DNA from: Ramazzottius varieornatus
Lineage: Eukaryota; Animalia; Tardigrada
Assembly: GCA_001949185.1 (NCBI GenBank)
Contig: BDGG01000011.1
Location: 1,536,597-1,600,596 of the forward strand
Reading direction: 5' to 3'
DNA length: 64,000 nt
Shown: positions 1 to 11,200 of the stretch, piece after piece
Layout of the letters: the number at the start of each line of letters is the position of its first letter
How positions within the stretch are numbered: position 1 is the first letter of the stretch
Made by a program: the position numbers and the translations under genes
The notes under the pieces: model-generated
What the model was told of the DNA's origin: nothing
Database searches by the model: none
What the model saw: only the letters and a program-made list of their open reading frames with translations

Positions 1-100
1 TTGGAAGCGTGCGCCACTCGGAGGAACGATCATGTCGCGTTGTTCTCCCCAGTGACGCTTGTCTCCGGTGCTGCTGTCTGGAACGCGCGCCACTTGAAGT
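1..100. repeat. Palindromic GTGGCGCA-N27-TGCGCCAC element, partial (intron of the RRM gene)
   Basis: gtgcgccactcg at 9-20, then a degenerate unit cagtgacgct...gcgcgccacttg at 50-96. Confidence 0.65.
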
Positions 101-161
101 GAAATCCATAGTAAGGTGGTCGCTTTGCTTGCGGAATACCGATGCCTGTTTCTCCTTGCAG

Positions 162-476
162 CTGGATGACGTCTGTGTTCAGAAAGGCAAGGGTTACGCC
201 CTGTTGTCATTCAAGGAAGCTTGGCGCGCAGAGAACTTTCTCAAGACGTTCGAGAAGAAGTCTTTGGTGCTGGATGAAGGCGTTCAGGTAAATTAGACTG
301 TTATTTTCTCGAGAAACAGTGTTGTTTTATTGAGGTACTTGACGCAAAATGTTCATGTTTTGCAGGCTCAGGTTATCATCGCACGTCTCTCACTGCGATT
401 CGATCCGCTTCGACCAAAGCCTTCTCTTTACCCATTGCCACCTGCAATGTCCGCTCCTGAAAGCTTCCTGTCGTGA
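162..476 (+). CDS. 3' end of an RRM-domain protein (last two exons 162-287, 366-476; 5' part outside the window)
   Basis: AG/GT-bounded in-phase exons give LDDVCVQKGKGYALLSFKEAW...EGVQ|AQVIIARL...FLS*. KGYALLSF resembles RNP1. AATAAA at 652. Confidence 0.6.
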
Positions 477-1000
477 TGCAATGTCAGTCTGACATTGTAT
501 GACGACATTGCTTTGTTTGTTGTACGGTATACCATTGCGGCATTGTCCATTGATATGTATGTTGAGATCTAATTCATCCTGCTTTTATATAAGATGAGTG
601 AGCTTTTTGCCAGTGTTATTTTGATCATTATAATAGGAAATCGATTTTAGTAATAAAAATCGTTTTAATTGTGCGGGTTGGTGTTCGCTTGATTGATTGA
701 TCCATAATAGGAAATCGAATTTTGATTTTAATAATTGAAATTCGTCAGCGATAATTGATTTTACTTGCAGTCAGCTGATCACGTAGACTTAACATTAACA
801 CGTGACTTTTAATAATTTTAATTGCATAGTAAAATAACACTGCTTTTTGCACTATTTGCAGCGCAAAAGTTCTAGTAGTTCCCTCGTTTATTCAATTAAT
901 ATGTTGATGAAGCCTTTTACGTAGCTACGTAAAAGTATCGGGATGGAAAACACAAGATCAGGCGGTTGATTGATTGCATTATGCGAATTTCGAGGCGGAG

Positions 1001-1164
1001 CAGAGGCGGCTGGAGGTATCAGAAACGTCCGCAATCTGACCTTTTTTCCTACAAAGTTGCTCGGCAGGTCTGGGCTCGGCACAACCTTCACTGATAACCC
1101 AACGAAAATTTCGTAGAATAAGGGCCGAATTGCGGACTTTTTGAAACTCCTCCAGCCGCTTCTG
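1001..1164. mobile_element. hAT-type MITE, 164 bp
   Basis: ~35-bp imperfect TIRs (CAGAGGCGGCTGGAGG / CCTCCAGCCGCTTCTG). Perfect 8-bp TSD AGGCGGAG at 993-1000 and 1165-1172. Confidence 0.85.
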
Positions 1165-1267
1165 AGGCGGAGCGAATATTTTGTACGTCATCGACCATAA
1201 GTGATAGAACCAGCAACTGAATAATCCCGTTCTGTCGGACTGTCATGGGCAAGCTATTACAGCGGGC

Positions 1268-1855
1268 TAAGGCTGTAAATTCCTAATTCCATTCCTTTCC
1301 AAATTCCGTTCCATTCCTGGAATTCCGTTCCGTTCCGAGGGGCAGCCGTTTGGAACGGTGGAATTTCTATTTGGAAAACTAGCAAAAATCGGAGAAAATC
1401 TAGGAATGCAAAGAGGTAAACAGTCGAAGATCCAGCAGATCCTGTCGAAAAACTGAACCCGATGCTGGCTCACACATGCGTATTACTGAGGCTAATTGGT
1501 TGTTCAGTTGAACGAAGAATAGCATTTTCGATCCGTCGCACTAAAGTATGCGGCGCATTCAGCTGTCCGTAAGTCTTTGATTTTCCCTTGGACTTTCAGG
1601 TCCGACAAGACCCAAAGTTCGGATCGGTGAATCTTCAGCTGGCTTTCAGTCTCAAAACCAATATTTGTTGATGACTTCAGATCATATTTACTGTTTTAGA
1701 TGGGTATGTAAAAAGAACTAAACTGGCAAATGGGACTTTGGAATTCGGGATTTTCGCGAGGACCTTCTGGAGAAGGAAATAGGAATATAGTAATATCAGG
1801 AATTCCTTTCTTATTTTCCATTCCGAAGGCATGCGGCCTGGAATTTACAACCTTA
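1268..1855. mobile_element. Non-autonomous hAT element, 588 bp
   Basis: 16-bp TIR TAAGGCTGTAAATTCC / GGAATTTACAACCTTA (15/16 match). Perfect 8-bp TSD CAGCGGGC at 1260-1267 and 1856-1863. ATTCC/GGAAT subterminal repeats. Confidence 0.9.
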
Positions 1856-2868
1856 CAGCGGGCGACATTTTCCGAAAGCTCCAGAGCTCTGAAGTGTCTG
1901 TGCGGATCTGAGTACTTCTGCCAACGATGATTCGTTAAATTCCATATTATAACTTGATTCGCCGATCTTCAGCGTGCTTACTGACAGGTGTCATTCACCT
2001 ATCTACGGCGGCTGCTGAGTCAACCTGAATTTTGGCACGTCGTTGTTTGCAGACGGCGATGTACAGTTGCTCTTCAGTGTGTCTAGATTATTTTCTTAGT
2101 TCTACCAGAGTGATACACGTGCAGAATGTACCAAAATTCTGATGGAATTTCACGAGGAGAGTTGGATGACGTAGGATTTCTCCACTGGGATTGGATAATG
2201 TAACTCCGCCCAAATAGAGGTAAAGGTGACGTATAGGTCACGTGCTGTAGTCGCGTATTTTGCACACGTGACTTGTGACGTTGGACGCAGTATCGGTGGG
2301 TATCAGCACTTGCATGTGTGAAAATGACAAGATTGAAAAGGAAACCTGTCCGAATAGATGTCTGATTGGTTTGGTGGAAGTATGCCAAATCAGACAGTGT
2401 GTGTAGGATCGTGGTCTTAAGTGTTATTCGAGTACAGTTTGTAACACGCAATTAACTTTACTATTGTATTAATTATTCTACCGGCTTGCAGTGGCCGCAC
2501 ATGTTTTGTCCTCCGAGCAAAAAGATAGCCCTCAAAATTTAACATTTAAACGGAACAACGGATCCGGCAGAAAGTTGCTTGACAGAGTGGGAAGAAAAGT
2601 CAAAGCTGCGTCAGTTCACTGAGAGCAATGCTGAACACTAGCCAGAATAAACTTGCTGCTTTCTCCACTGGTAAAAGAACCCCATAACCTGCCAAACTCA
2701 ACTCCCCGCGTGATTGTGCCATGCTATCCTATGCTATAAAGCCTGGCATCGCAAACAGCTTCGGCACGTGTATCACTCTGGTTCTACTGCATAGTGCCCA
2801 TACACTGTACTCAGTTACTCCATCTTCCATCCTGATTTCTCAGTGAAACTGTCTTCTTCTTTCCGGAG

Positions 2869-5800
2869 ATGAGCGCTGCTTTATCCAGTGACCGAGCCAG
2901 CTCGGTCAGCCGTTTCGACAACGATGCCGTTCGGGAGAAAGAAGGACTAGGTCGGCGTCCACGAGAAGGCTCTGTTCATCGTCTGGAAGGCAGTGATCCG
3001 CACGATCGTGGAGGTTTACAACTGAAGAAAGAAGGTCCGGCTGTCCCCAGAGACATTTCTTCGCTTCACCGCCTAGCTGGTTCCAGTCCACAGGATCGGG
3101 GAGGGTTAGAAATCCGAAAGCCGTCGGAGAGCAGAGATGGCTCAGCCACTCCACAAATCAAGCGTGAACAGAGCGTCGACTCTGACTTCAAGCCTCCTAA
3201 ACCTTCGTTGTTAGGTCTGGACAGACTGGCTGCCGAAAAGCGGAAAGCTCAAGATGTCGAAGACGAGAATACGAGGATCGAAAGGGAGAAGAAACAGTAT
3301 CGTGCGTACGCCACTGAAGCTTCGGCGACGCCTGGCATTTCCGACGAAGTTCGGGAGAAACTAGCTGATCAACACCGAGCGAGAGACCGTCGACAGCAGA
3401 TTACTTCCCAGAAAGAACATGAAAGGGATCGGGAAAGGAAGGATTGGCGGAGAGAGAACGACAGATCGTCCAGGAGAGATCACAACTCGGAGAGGAATCG
3501 TTATCCGGAAAGCCCGAGACATGGCGCGCGCACACCCCGAATGAGCCCAAAAGGTAAAGAAATTCTTTGATCGGCTGAAAGTTTCACCCTGTGATTCAGT
3601 GTCTGTGAGAGAAGATCTGCGGAAAATTTGCCTGCTTATCGGATATTTCGTTTCAGATACGCCTTCGAGATCGCACTGGGAAGAGGACGATTTGGCTTTG
3701 TCGAGACGTCCTCAGAGCACACCCTTCACCCCTTCCTACAAATACAACGACTGGGCTGATGATAAAAAGAGGATTGGCTCAACGTTGAGAAGAGATCGAG
3801 CTGTCAAAGTCGAGGATGGGGAAGATGGGGAGAAGTTCGCGACCGAGATGGAGCGAAGAGAATGGGAAGAAGAACAGAAGCAGCTCGATCGGAACTGGTA
3901 CGATATGGACGAAGGAAACGACCTGGAACACGGCGCCTTCGACAACGTTTCGGACGAATATACCCGCAAGAAAGAGGAACAGTTGGAAGAGAAGAAGCAA
4001 AAGAAACAGTCAGCGTTGCAAAGACAGCATAACCGGGATAACATGCTGTGGGAAACAAGTCGAATGGTAAGTGGCAGCTCGATAGATAAACTGTACAAGA
4101 TTGTTTTCCCGGGTGGCTCACGTTTTCAGTGTTATTAGCTGGGCGAGTGCGCCACTTGGAAAACGATCTTGTCCAGTTTGTTTTCCAAGGTGGCGCACGT
4201 GCTCAGTGGTTTTGGGTGAAAACCTGCGCCACTTGAAAGAACTGTGTTCTTGTCTAGCTTGGCATTTATGGTCGAATTCTTTATTAGGTGCGCTCCGGTG
4301 TCGTTGTTAAACTGGACCATAACGAAGACTTCGAAGAAGACAACGAAGCAAGAGTCCATCTACTCGTTCACAACATCGTCCCGCCATTCCTCGATGGTCG
4401 GATAGTCTTCACGAAGACGACAGAGCCCGTCATCCCCGTGAAGGATCCCACTTCCGATCTGGCTGTCGTGGCCAGGAAGGGAAGTGAAATGGTCAGGCGT
4501 CATCGCTTGCAGAAAGAAAAGCAGAAGATAGTGCAGAGAGAGATGAACATGGCTGGAACACAGATGGGGAACATCCTGGGGATTAAGGAAGTTAAGGAAG
4601 ATGTCGTGGACGAGAATAAAGATTTCAGGGCCGGCCACAAGTTTGCTGACCATATGCAGGTATTTATTTTCATTTATCAGGTCAATCAACGCATGACGTC
4701 ATTTGAGAACCGTTAATGGATATCCCAGTCGTGACGTCATACGCGGGCTGAGATAATATTGAAATACTAGTATGGTAAATTATTTTGGTATTAAAGTTTG
4801 TCCCGAGTAGGCGGCTTCGTAATATCCAAGTCCTACCGTGTCTCTTTTTGTTTGTAGGAGAAGACGGAAGCTGTGAGTAACTTCGCCCGGTCCAAGACGT
4901 TCACCCAGCAACGCCAGTACTTGCCCATCTTTGCAGTCCGCGAAGAACTTCTCAACATCATCCGAGAGAACAGCGTGGTGGTCATCGTGGGAGAGACAGG
5001 CTCGGGGAAGACTACCCAACTGACGCAGTACCTGATGGAAGATGGCTACGCGAAAGTGGGTATGATCGCCTGTACTCAGCCACGGCGAGTAGCTGCCATG
5101 TCAGTCGCCAAGCGTGTTTCGGAAGAGATGCAGTGTAAGCTGGGTGGGACAGTTGGCTACGCTATCCGTTTCGAAGACTGTACAAGTGACGAGACGGTCA
5201 TCAAGTACATGACGGACGGTATTCTCCTGAGAGAAAGCCTACGTGAGCCCGATCTGGATCAGTACAGCGCAATAGTCATGGACGAGGCTCACGAACGTTC
5301 ACTGAATACCGATGTACTGTTCGGGTTACTGAGAGAAGTGGTGGCGAGAAGGCACGACCTGAAGCTGATCGTGACGAGTGCCACGATGGACTCGGATAAG
5401 TTCGCGCAGTTCTTTGGAGGCGTCCCGGTGTACATCATCCCAGGCAGGACGTTTCCTGTGGAGATCGCCTATGCCAAGAATCCTGTGGAGGATTATGTGG
5501 ACGCTGCGGTGAAAGAATGCATCAAGGTGCATTTGACAGCTTCCACCGGAGATATTTTGGTGTTCCTTCCTGGACAGGAAGACATTGAGGTAAGCGTCAA
5601 TAGAGTTAGTCGAATCCACCGTTGGTCAGTTGAAGGGTGTTTGGCACAGTTTGCAACGTATTTCCCCCTGGAATGGGTTGATCAGGCACGGCCTTAGATA
5701 TGTGGCCGTTGGGGTTTTTGTACGGTTGATTGACTAGCAGTTATTTTCTTGATTAGGTGGCCTGCGAACTCATCAAAGAACGTCTAGCGCAGATCGACGA

Positions 5801-7873
5801 AGCTCCCGCACTCACACTCCTGCCTATTTACTCCCAACTGCCCAGTGATTTACAAGCTAAAGTCTTCATGAAGTCTCCAGATGGCTCGAGGAAGTGCGTG
5901 GTGTCGACCAACATCGCCGAAACCTCACTAACGGTCGACGGTATCATGTACGTGGTGGACGCTGGCTACTGCAAGCTGAAAGTCTACAACCCGCGCATCG
6001 GTATGGACGCCCTCCAGATCTACCCCATCTCCCAAGCTAACGCTAACCAGCGGTCTGGTCGAGCTGGTAGAACAGGGCCAGGGAAGTGTTACAGACTGTA
6101 CACGACGAAACAGTACAAAGACGAGATGCTGGTGTCAACTGTACCGGAAGTACAGAGAACAAATCTAGCTAATGTCTGTCTGCTTCTTAAGAGTCTGGGT
6201 GTTCAGAACTTGCTAGATTTCCACTTCATGGACCCTCCACCACAAGATAACATGCTCAACTCCATGTTTCAGTTGTGGATTCTAGGGGCGTTGGATAACA
6301 CGGGCAACTTGACACCGTTGGGCAGAAGCATGGCCGAGTTCCCACTGGACCCCGCTATGTCCAAGATGTTGATTGTGGCCTACGATATGGCTTGCAATAC
6401 CGAGATTCTGACGATTGTGTCCATGTTGTCCGTTCCTTCCATCTTTTACAGACCGCCGGGAAAAGAAGAGGAAAGTGATGCCAAACGCGAAAAATTCCAG
6501 GTAAGAACTTGACAACACGGCAGACGAGCTCGACCAGATTGTCTTCTCAAGTGGCGCACGTTGTGAGGCTCATGGACTGGAAGCGTGCACCACTTGGAAA
6601 AGCCATCTTGCCGAGCTGGCGCCTGGCGAGCTCCAATTTTCGTAACGTATCTCGGCGTACCCAATCGTATCAAACCGAAGTGAACGATGTGTACCAGACT
6701 ACCAGTCCAAGACCAACTAACTTATCTTAGGTACAGCCAGAGTCCATATATCCTGCAAGATATAATATATGGACCCTGATACAGCTGTATCTAGGTGGTC
6801 TTAACCAGTCTACCGTATCCTCGCACTTTCTCCGCTAAATTCTGTTTTCCGCCGTTCTTGAAAGTTCTCTTTGCCTCTTCCCAGTTTTCAGCGAATGTTT
6901 TAACTTTAACCTTCCCTTAACGTGCAGATATGTTTTCTAGGTGGCTGAAAGTGACCATCTGACGTTCCTGAACGTCTTCAACCAATGGAAGCAGAACGGG
7001 GAATCGAGCAACTGGTGCCGCGACAACTACGTTCACGCTAAAGCCATGAAGAAGGTTAATGAAGTCCGACTACAGCTGAAGGAAATCATGGATCAGCACA
7101 AGATGCGCCTGCGGTCTTGTGGCTCGGACTGGGACGTGGTCCGCAAGTGCATCTGCTCGGCCTACTTCCATCAGGGCTGTCGACTAAAGGGCCTGGGCGA
7201 GTATGTCAGTCTCCGAACTGGCATGCCATGTCATCTTCATCCCACTTCCGCCCTTTATGGTACGTAATAACAGAACAAGAAATGAAGGCTGAAAGTTTGA
7301 GAACTTACTGTTGTAATACTCTGGAAACAGTTGGCCTGATTTACACGGTGAAAACACGGAAAGCAAGTCATGCTTTTGTCACGCTGAATAAGCTGATGGA
7401 CACCTGAGAAATATTTTTTTACGTTGCAGTCACGTGCTCAAAGCGTCGTTTTTTCACTGATGTTGAACAGGGTTGGGCAAAGTTTTGATCTTTCCTCTTC
7501 TTTCTTTGCAGGAATGGGTTTTCAGCCAGATTACGTCGTGTACCACGAACTGGTCATGACGTCCAAGGAATACATGCAGTGCGTAACGGCAGTAGATGGT
7601 CAGTGGTTGGCCGAGCTGGGTCCGATGTTCTACAGTGTCAAAGAGTCTGCCAAAACCCGCAACGAAAAGCGCAAGAACTTCCAGGCCATCGAGATGACCA
7701 TGGAGCAAGAGATGAGCATCGCTCAGAAGCAGATGCAAGAAATCAAGAGTAAGGAAGCCTTGACGCCGATGAGCGTCAAGAAGAGAATGCAGATCGTCAC
7801 GCCGGGTATCAAGTCGGAACCCGGAACGCCCTTCACGCCAAGACAACATAACTCTAGTCGTTATGGCTTGTGA
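2869..7873 (+). CDS. DHX38: Pre-mRNA splicing DEAH-box helicase PRP16 (exons 2869-3553, 3657-4066, 4288-4659, 4858-5589, 5757-6500, 6941-7259, 7512-7873; 1207 aa)
   Basis: Motifs [15 protein letters not shown] and [11 protein letters not shown]16-type segments LDRNWY and [21 protein letters not shown]. All introns are GT-AG and phase-compatible. AATAAA at 8003 and 8015. Confidence 0.97.
4075..4265. repeat. Palindromic element, two units (DHX38 intron 2)
   Basis: Units start at 4113 and 4190, both with a 27-nt spacer between GGCKCA and TGCGCC. Confidence 0.9.
6525..6635. repeat. Palindromic element, one unit (DHX38 intron 5)
   Basis: caagtggcgca-N27-tgcaccacttg at 6548-6596, flanked by gagctcg...ccgagct arms. 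Confidence 0.9.
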
Positions 7874-8289
7874 AGAACGTCCTTACCTTCTGTACATATT
7901 TTGCTCTTTCATGTAATCATGTTTCTTTCTGAAGCTTATTTTTTACTGTTGCTTTTTAATTCTTTAGAATTTGTGTGTTGTAGAATGAAGTTCGAACTGT
8001 GAAATAAAATGAAAAATAAATGAAGAGCAGGAAGAGTTCGGTATGGGACTGGAAGTTTCCGCGGTTTTTGGTGCGCACTGGGCGCAAAGCTAGTCATACG
8101 ATTTTCCAGCATTGAAGAGCGGGAAACTTTCTGAGAGGGGACATTTTTTCTTGCGTTGTGAGATGCAGCAGATCTGAAGTTGCTATGGCTGATGCTGTAA
8201 GCAACTGTTGCTGTTGCGTATGTCGATCTATCGTATGGGTAGAGTACCGAGAGGAAATCTCGTACTGTGTGGAAATGTTTGCCGGAAAG

Positions 8290-11200
8290 ATGGCTAGAAC
8301 GGAATCTTCAGATTTAGTTCAATTCGTTCTTGTATTATTGCTTTTCCACGTGAGTGTTATCCAGCCATGTGTGACAACCTATACAAAGCCCACTGTTCTG
8401 GGATATGCGCAACTCAATACGATCTCGACGCAAATGTCAGCTTACGTTCACAAATCCCTTTTGTCAGGTACGTGTTGCTGCTTATCGGGATGATTTGGCC
8501 AGCTACCTGCATATCATCGTCCGCTGTGATATCTTCGTAAATTTACTTCCGGTGCGAAGTCATTTGGAAGCTCGGCAAGCAAATCCGATAAGGCTGTTTC
8601 CTTAGTGGCGCACATTGTTTTGCGTTTTTGGGGGGAAGTGTGCGCCACTTGGGAAAAATGATCTTGTTGAGGTTCTTTGCTCTTTTCAAGTGGCGCACGT
8701 CCTCGCTATTATTACTTGGAAGACTGCGCCACATGGAACAACGAACTTGTCCAGTTTGCTCGCCCAGCTCTAATTTTTGGCTTACGGTGGTTTGGTTCAT
8801 AGGTTATTCGTGGTTCCGAGCCGACTGGTACAACATCGTGGTCTACGTGACTATTTCCCTGGAAGGTATGACAGAGTTGCGCTACGACAAGTTCCGGAGC
8901 AACCAGACGTCAATGTATGCCACATTCACCGAAGAAGAGAATAGCTGGGCCGCCATGATGACCTGCGAGTCCCACATGCCTTCCAAGTACCCACGAGTTC
9001 CGCCGTTCCCTCTCCTACCTTATGACCCCGTCTCCAACAACCCCGCCACCAATAATACAGTCAGTTACGACTTGGCACTGCCGCTGTTTCTGTACCAAGT
9101 CGTGGTGGTCTTCAAGGTACCTGGGTTGACGACCTTGCAGTTGTCGAGGGACACCATGTTGAAAATCTTCACGGGCGTGTATACCAAGTGGAGTCAGATT
9201 CCAGCGTATGTGCAAAATTCTCGTGCTTCAGTGAAATTCACACTTGGGACGTCGACAAATGAATTCGCCCAGATCGTTTTCCAAAGTGGCGCACGACATT
9301 AGCCAGCGGCAATAATCACGTGCGCCACTTGGCTAAATTCATTACCAAAGCCCCAAATGCGATTAGAAAAAATCGATCAAAGTATGGATTGAAGGAAACT
9401 CAAGTAACAAGGATGTCGGTTTTTCAAGAATGAATCTCGGAAGCAACCCTTGGTATTTTGGGCGTGTCAAAGTTGACGAGTGTTTTGGCAGGACAGCATA
9501 TAGCGGGCAGACCATCACGGATCCCACCCAGTCCATCACCATATACATCATCAGCCAGCCCAACAAGATTAGCGATATCCTCTGTCGTTACGTGAAGAAC
9601 GCCGGGGCTAGCTGGACCAAAGTGGATATGGACGCCAAATGTGCCACCGGCGACATGTTCCCCCCATCCGCCACCAACCCCACTTTCAAGCGAGTCCGCT
9701 CGGCCGATGGCGCGCTGGCCTCCTTGACCAACACTCCGTATTCCATCACCTACACCAGTCGAGTCAACCTGATCGCATATGGCAAAGCTGTCACCACCGC
9801 TTCCCTTCAAAACGCCGCTGGAAACTACGTCAGTGCCAATTTTACCACGGTAAATTCAAATAAGAAGCAATTTTATTTTTTGGGTAGGAGTAGGTCGTAA
9901 AAGCTGAGTCCGGCAAGATGAAGTGCTCCGTAGAACTAGGACCTACTGCATGATGAATTCCTCTGGAAATTATTACAAGATTTATGGCTAGTTCAGATTC
10001 TACTTCTACTTTCAATTTCTGTTCTTTTTTCCTAGTTGAATGCAACGATCTACGGAAACAACATTACGGTGGCGGCCAACGGTACGGGTCTTGTGGACCT
10101 TCCCAACGCAACGGCCTACCCGCTGATCGGCATGAGCTTCATTACTGTGCGTTCGGCGCCCGATATCCGCAACGGTCCACCGGTGGATATCTACGTGGCT
10201 TCCGAAGTCCTTCGCTACTACCGTTGGGTCAACCGTGATCCTGCTGCTCGAGTCCGACTGTATAATTTCGAAGCGTTGCCCATTCCCAATGCAACCTACG
10301 ACGGCACCATCACCTTCATTAAGAACGAATGGTACGATGGTCGATGCTACCTTCACACGCGGGTTGATTCAGTTTCTTGGCGCAACTGTTGAGTACGCAT
10401 CACGACATTACTTTGGTCTGTCGCAGGTGGGCTACAATGCCCAACCAAGAGGACAACACAACCTACAGCGTGTGGGCCGAAATGGAGTACCAGTCCAGTC
10501 TGGAGCAGCTGACAGACTTTCAAGACATCTTTGTGATTTATGTCCTCCCACCCCTCATCGCTTTCATTTTTGTCGCCTACCTAACCTGGCGACTCATACT
10601 CTGGTTCATTCTTTATCGCAAAGTCCACCACGGAGTCTACCAAATCCCCGCTGAGGACATTGTCTTCATCGAGACTTCCAAAGAACGCTACCGATGCATG
10701 TTACATGGCCGAGCTTATTTGGACAGCCGACCCGAAAGCGAAATACCATTCTTAACCGGTACGACCATGGTAAAGTTTTCGCCCCTAACGGCATAGCATG
10801 AATGCCCTCGTCTGTTCCTATTAATCATTACTTCGAGCTCCGACAACCAACAGGATTTTCTTTGAAACTGGTCAAGTCTTTCTTTTTCACGCAGGTGAAT
10901 ATAAATCCGGTGTAGTGTTGCTTCGATCCTTCCCAATGGCCTTCAACACCTCCAGTCTCCGCGTCCGTCAAGAACTGATCCATATGCAGGAATGGCGTTG
11001 TCACAAGAACCTCGTCAAGTTCCTTGGAGTGGCGGAAGTGCGACGACAGCGGTACATCGTCTCCGAGCTGAGTTTGTTGGGCGACTTGCGAACACTCTTA
11101 AACAGCGTCAGTCAACAACATCTTCTGACGCAACCTGTCAGGTTCAACATGGCACGGGGTGTGGCCGAAGGTATGAGATACCTCCATGAACAAAAGATTG

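Noticed and set aside
8803-10331. Bacterial contamination or a bacterial pstS gene
   Set aside because: The domain is split by spliceosomal introns carrying the host repeat and is fused to animal KHD/cyclase exons. There is no pstCAB context.
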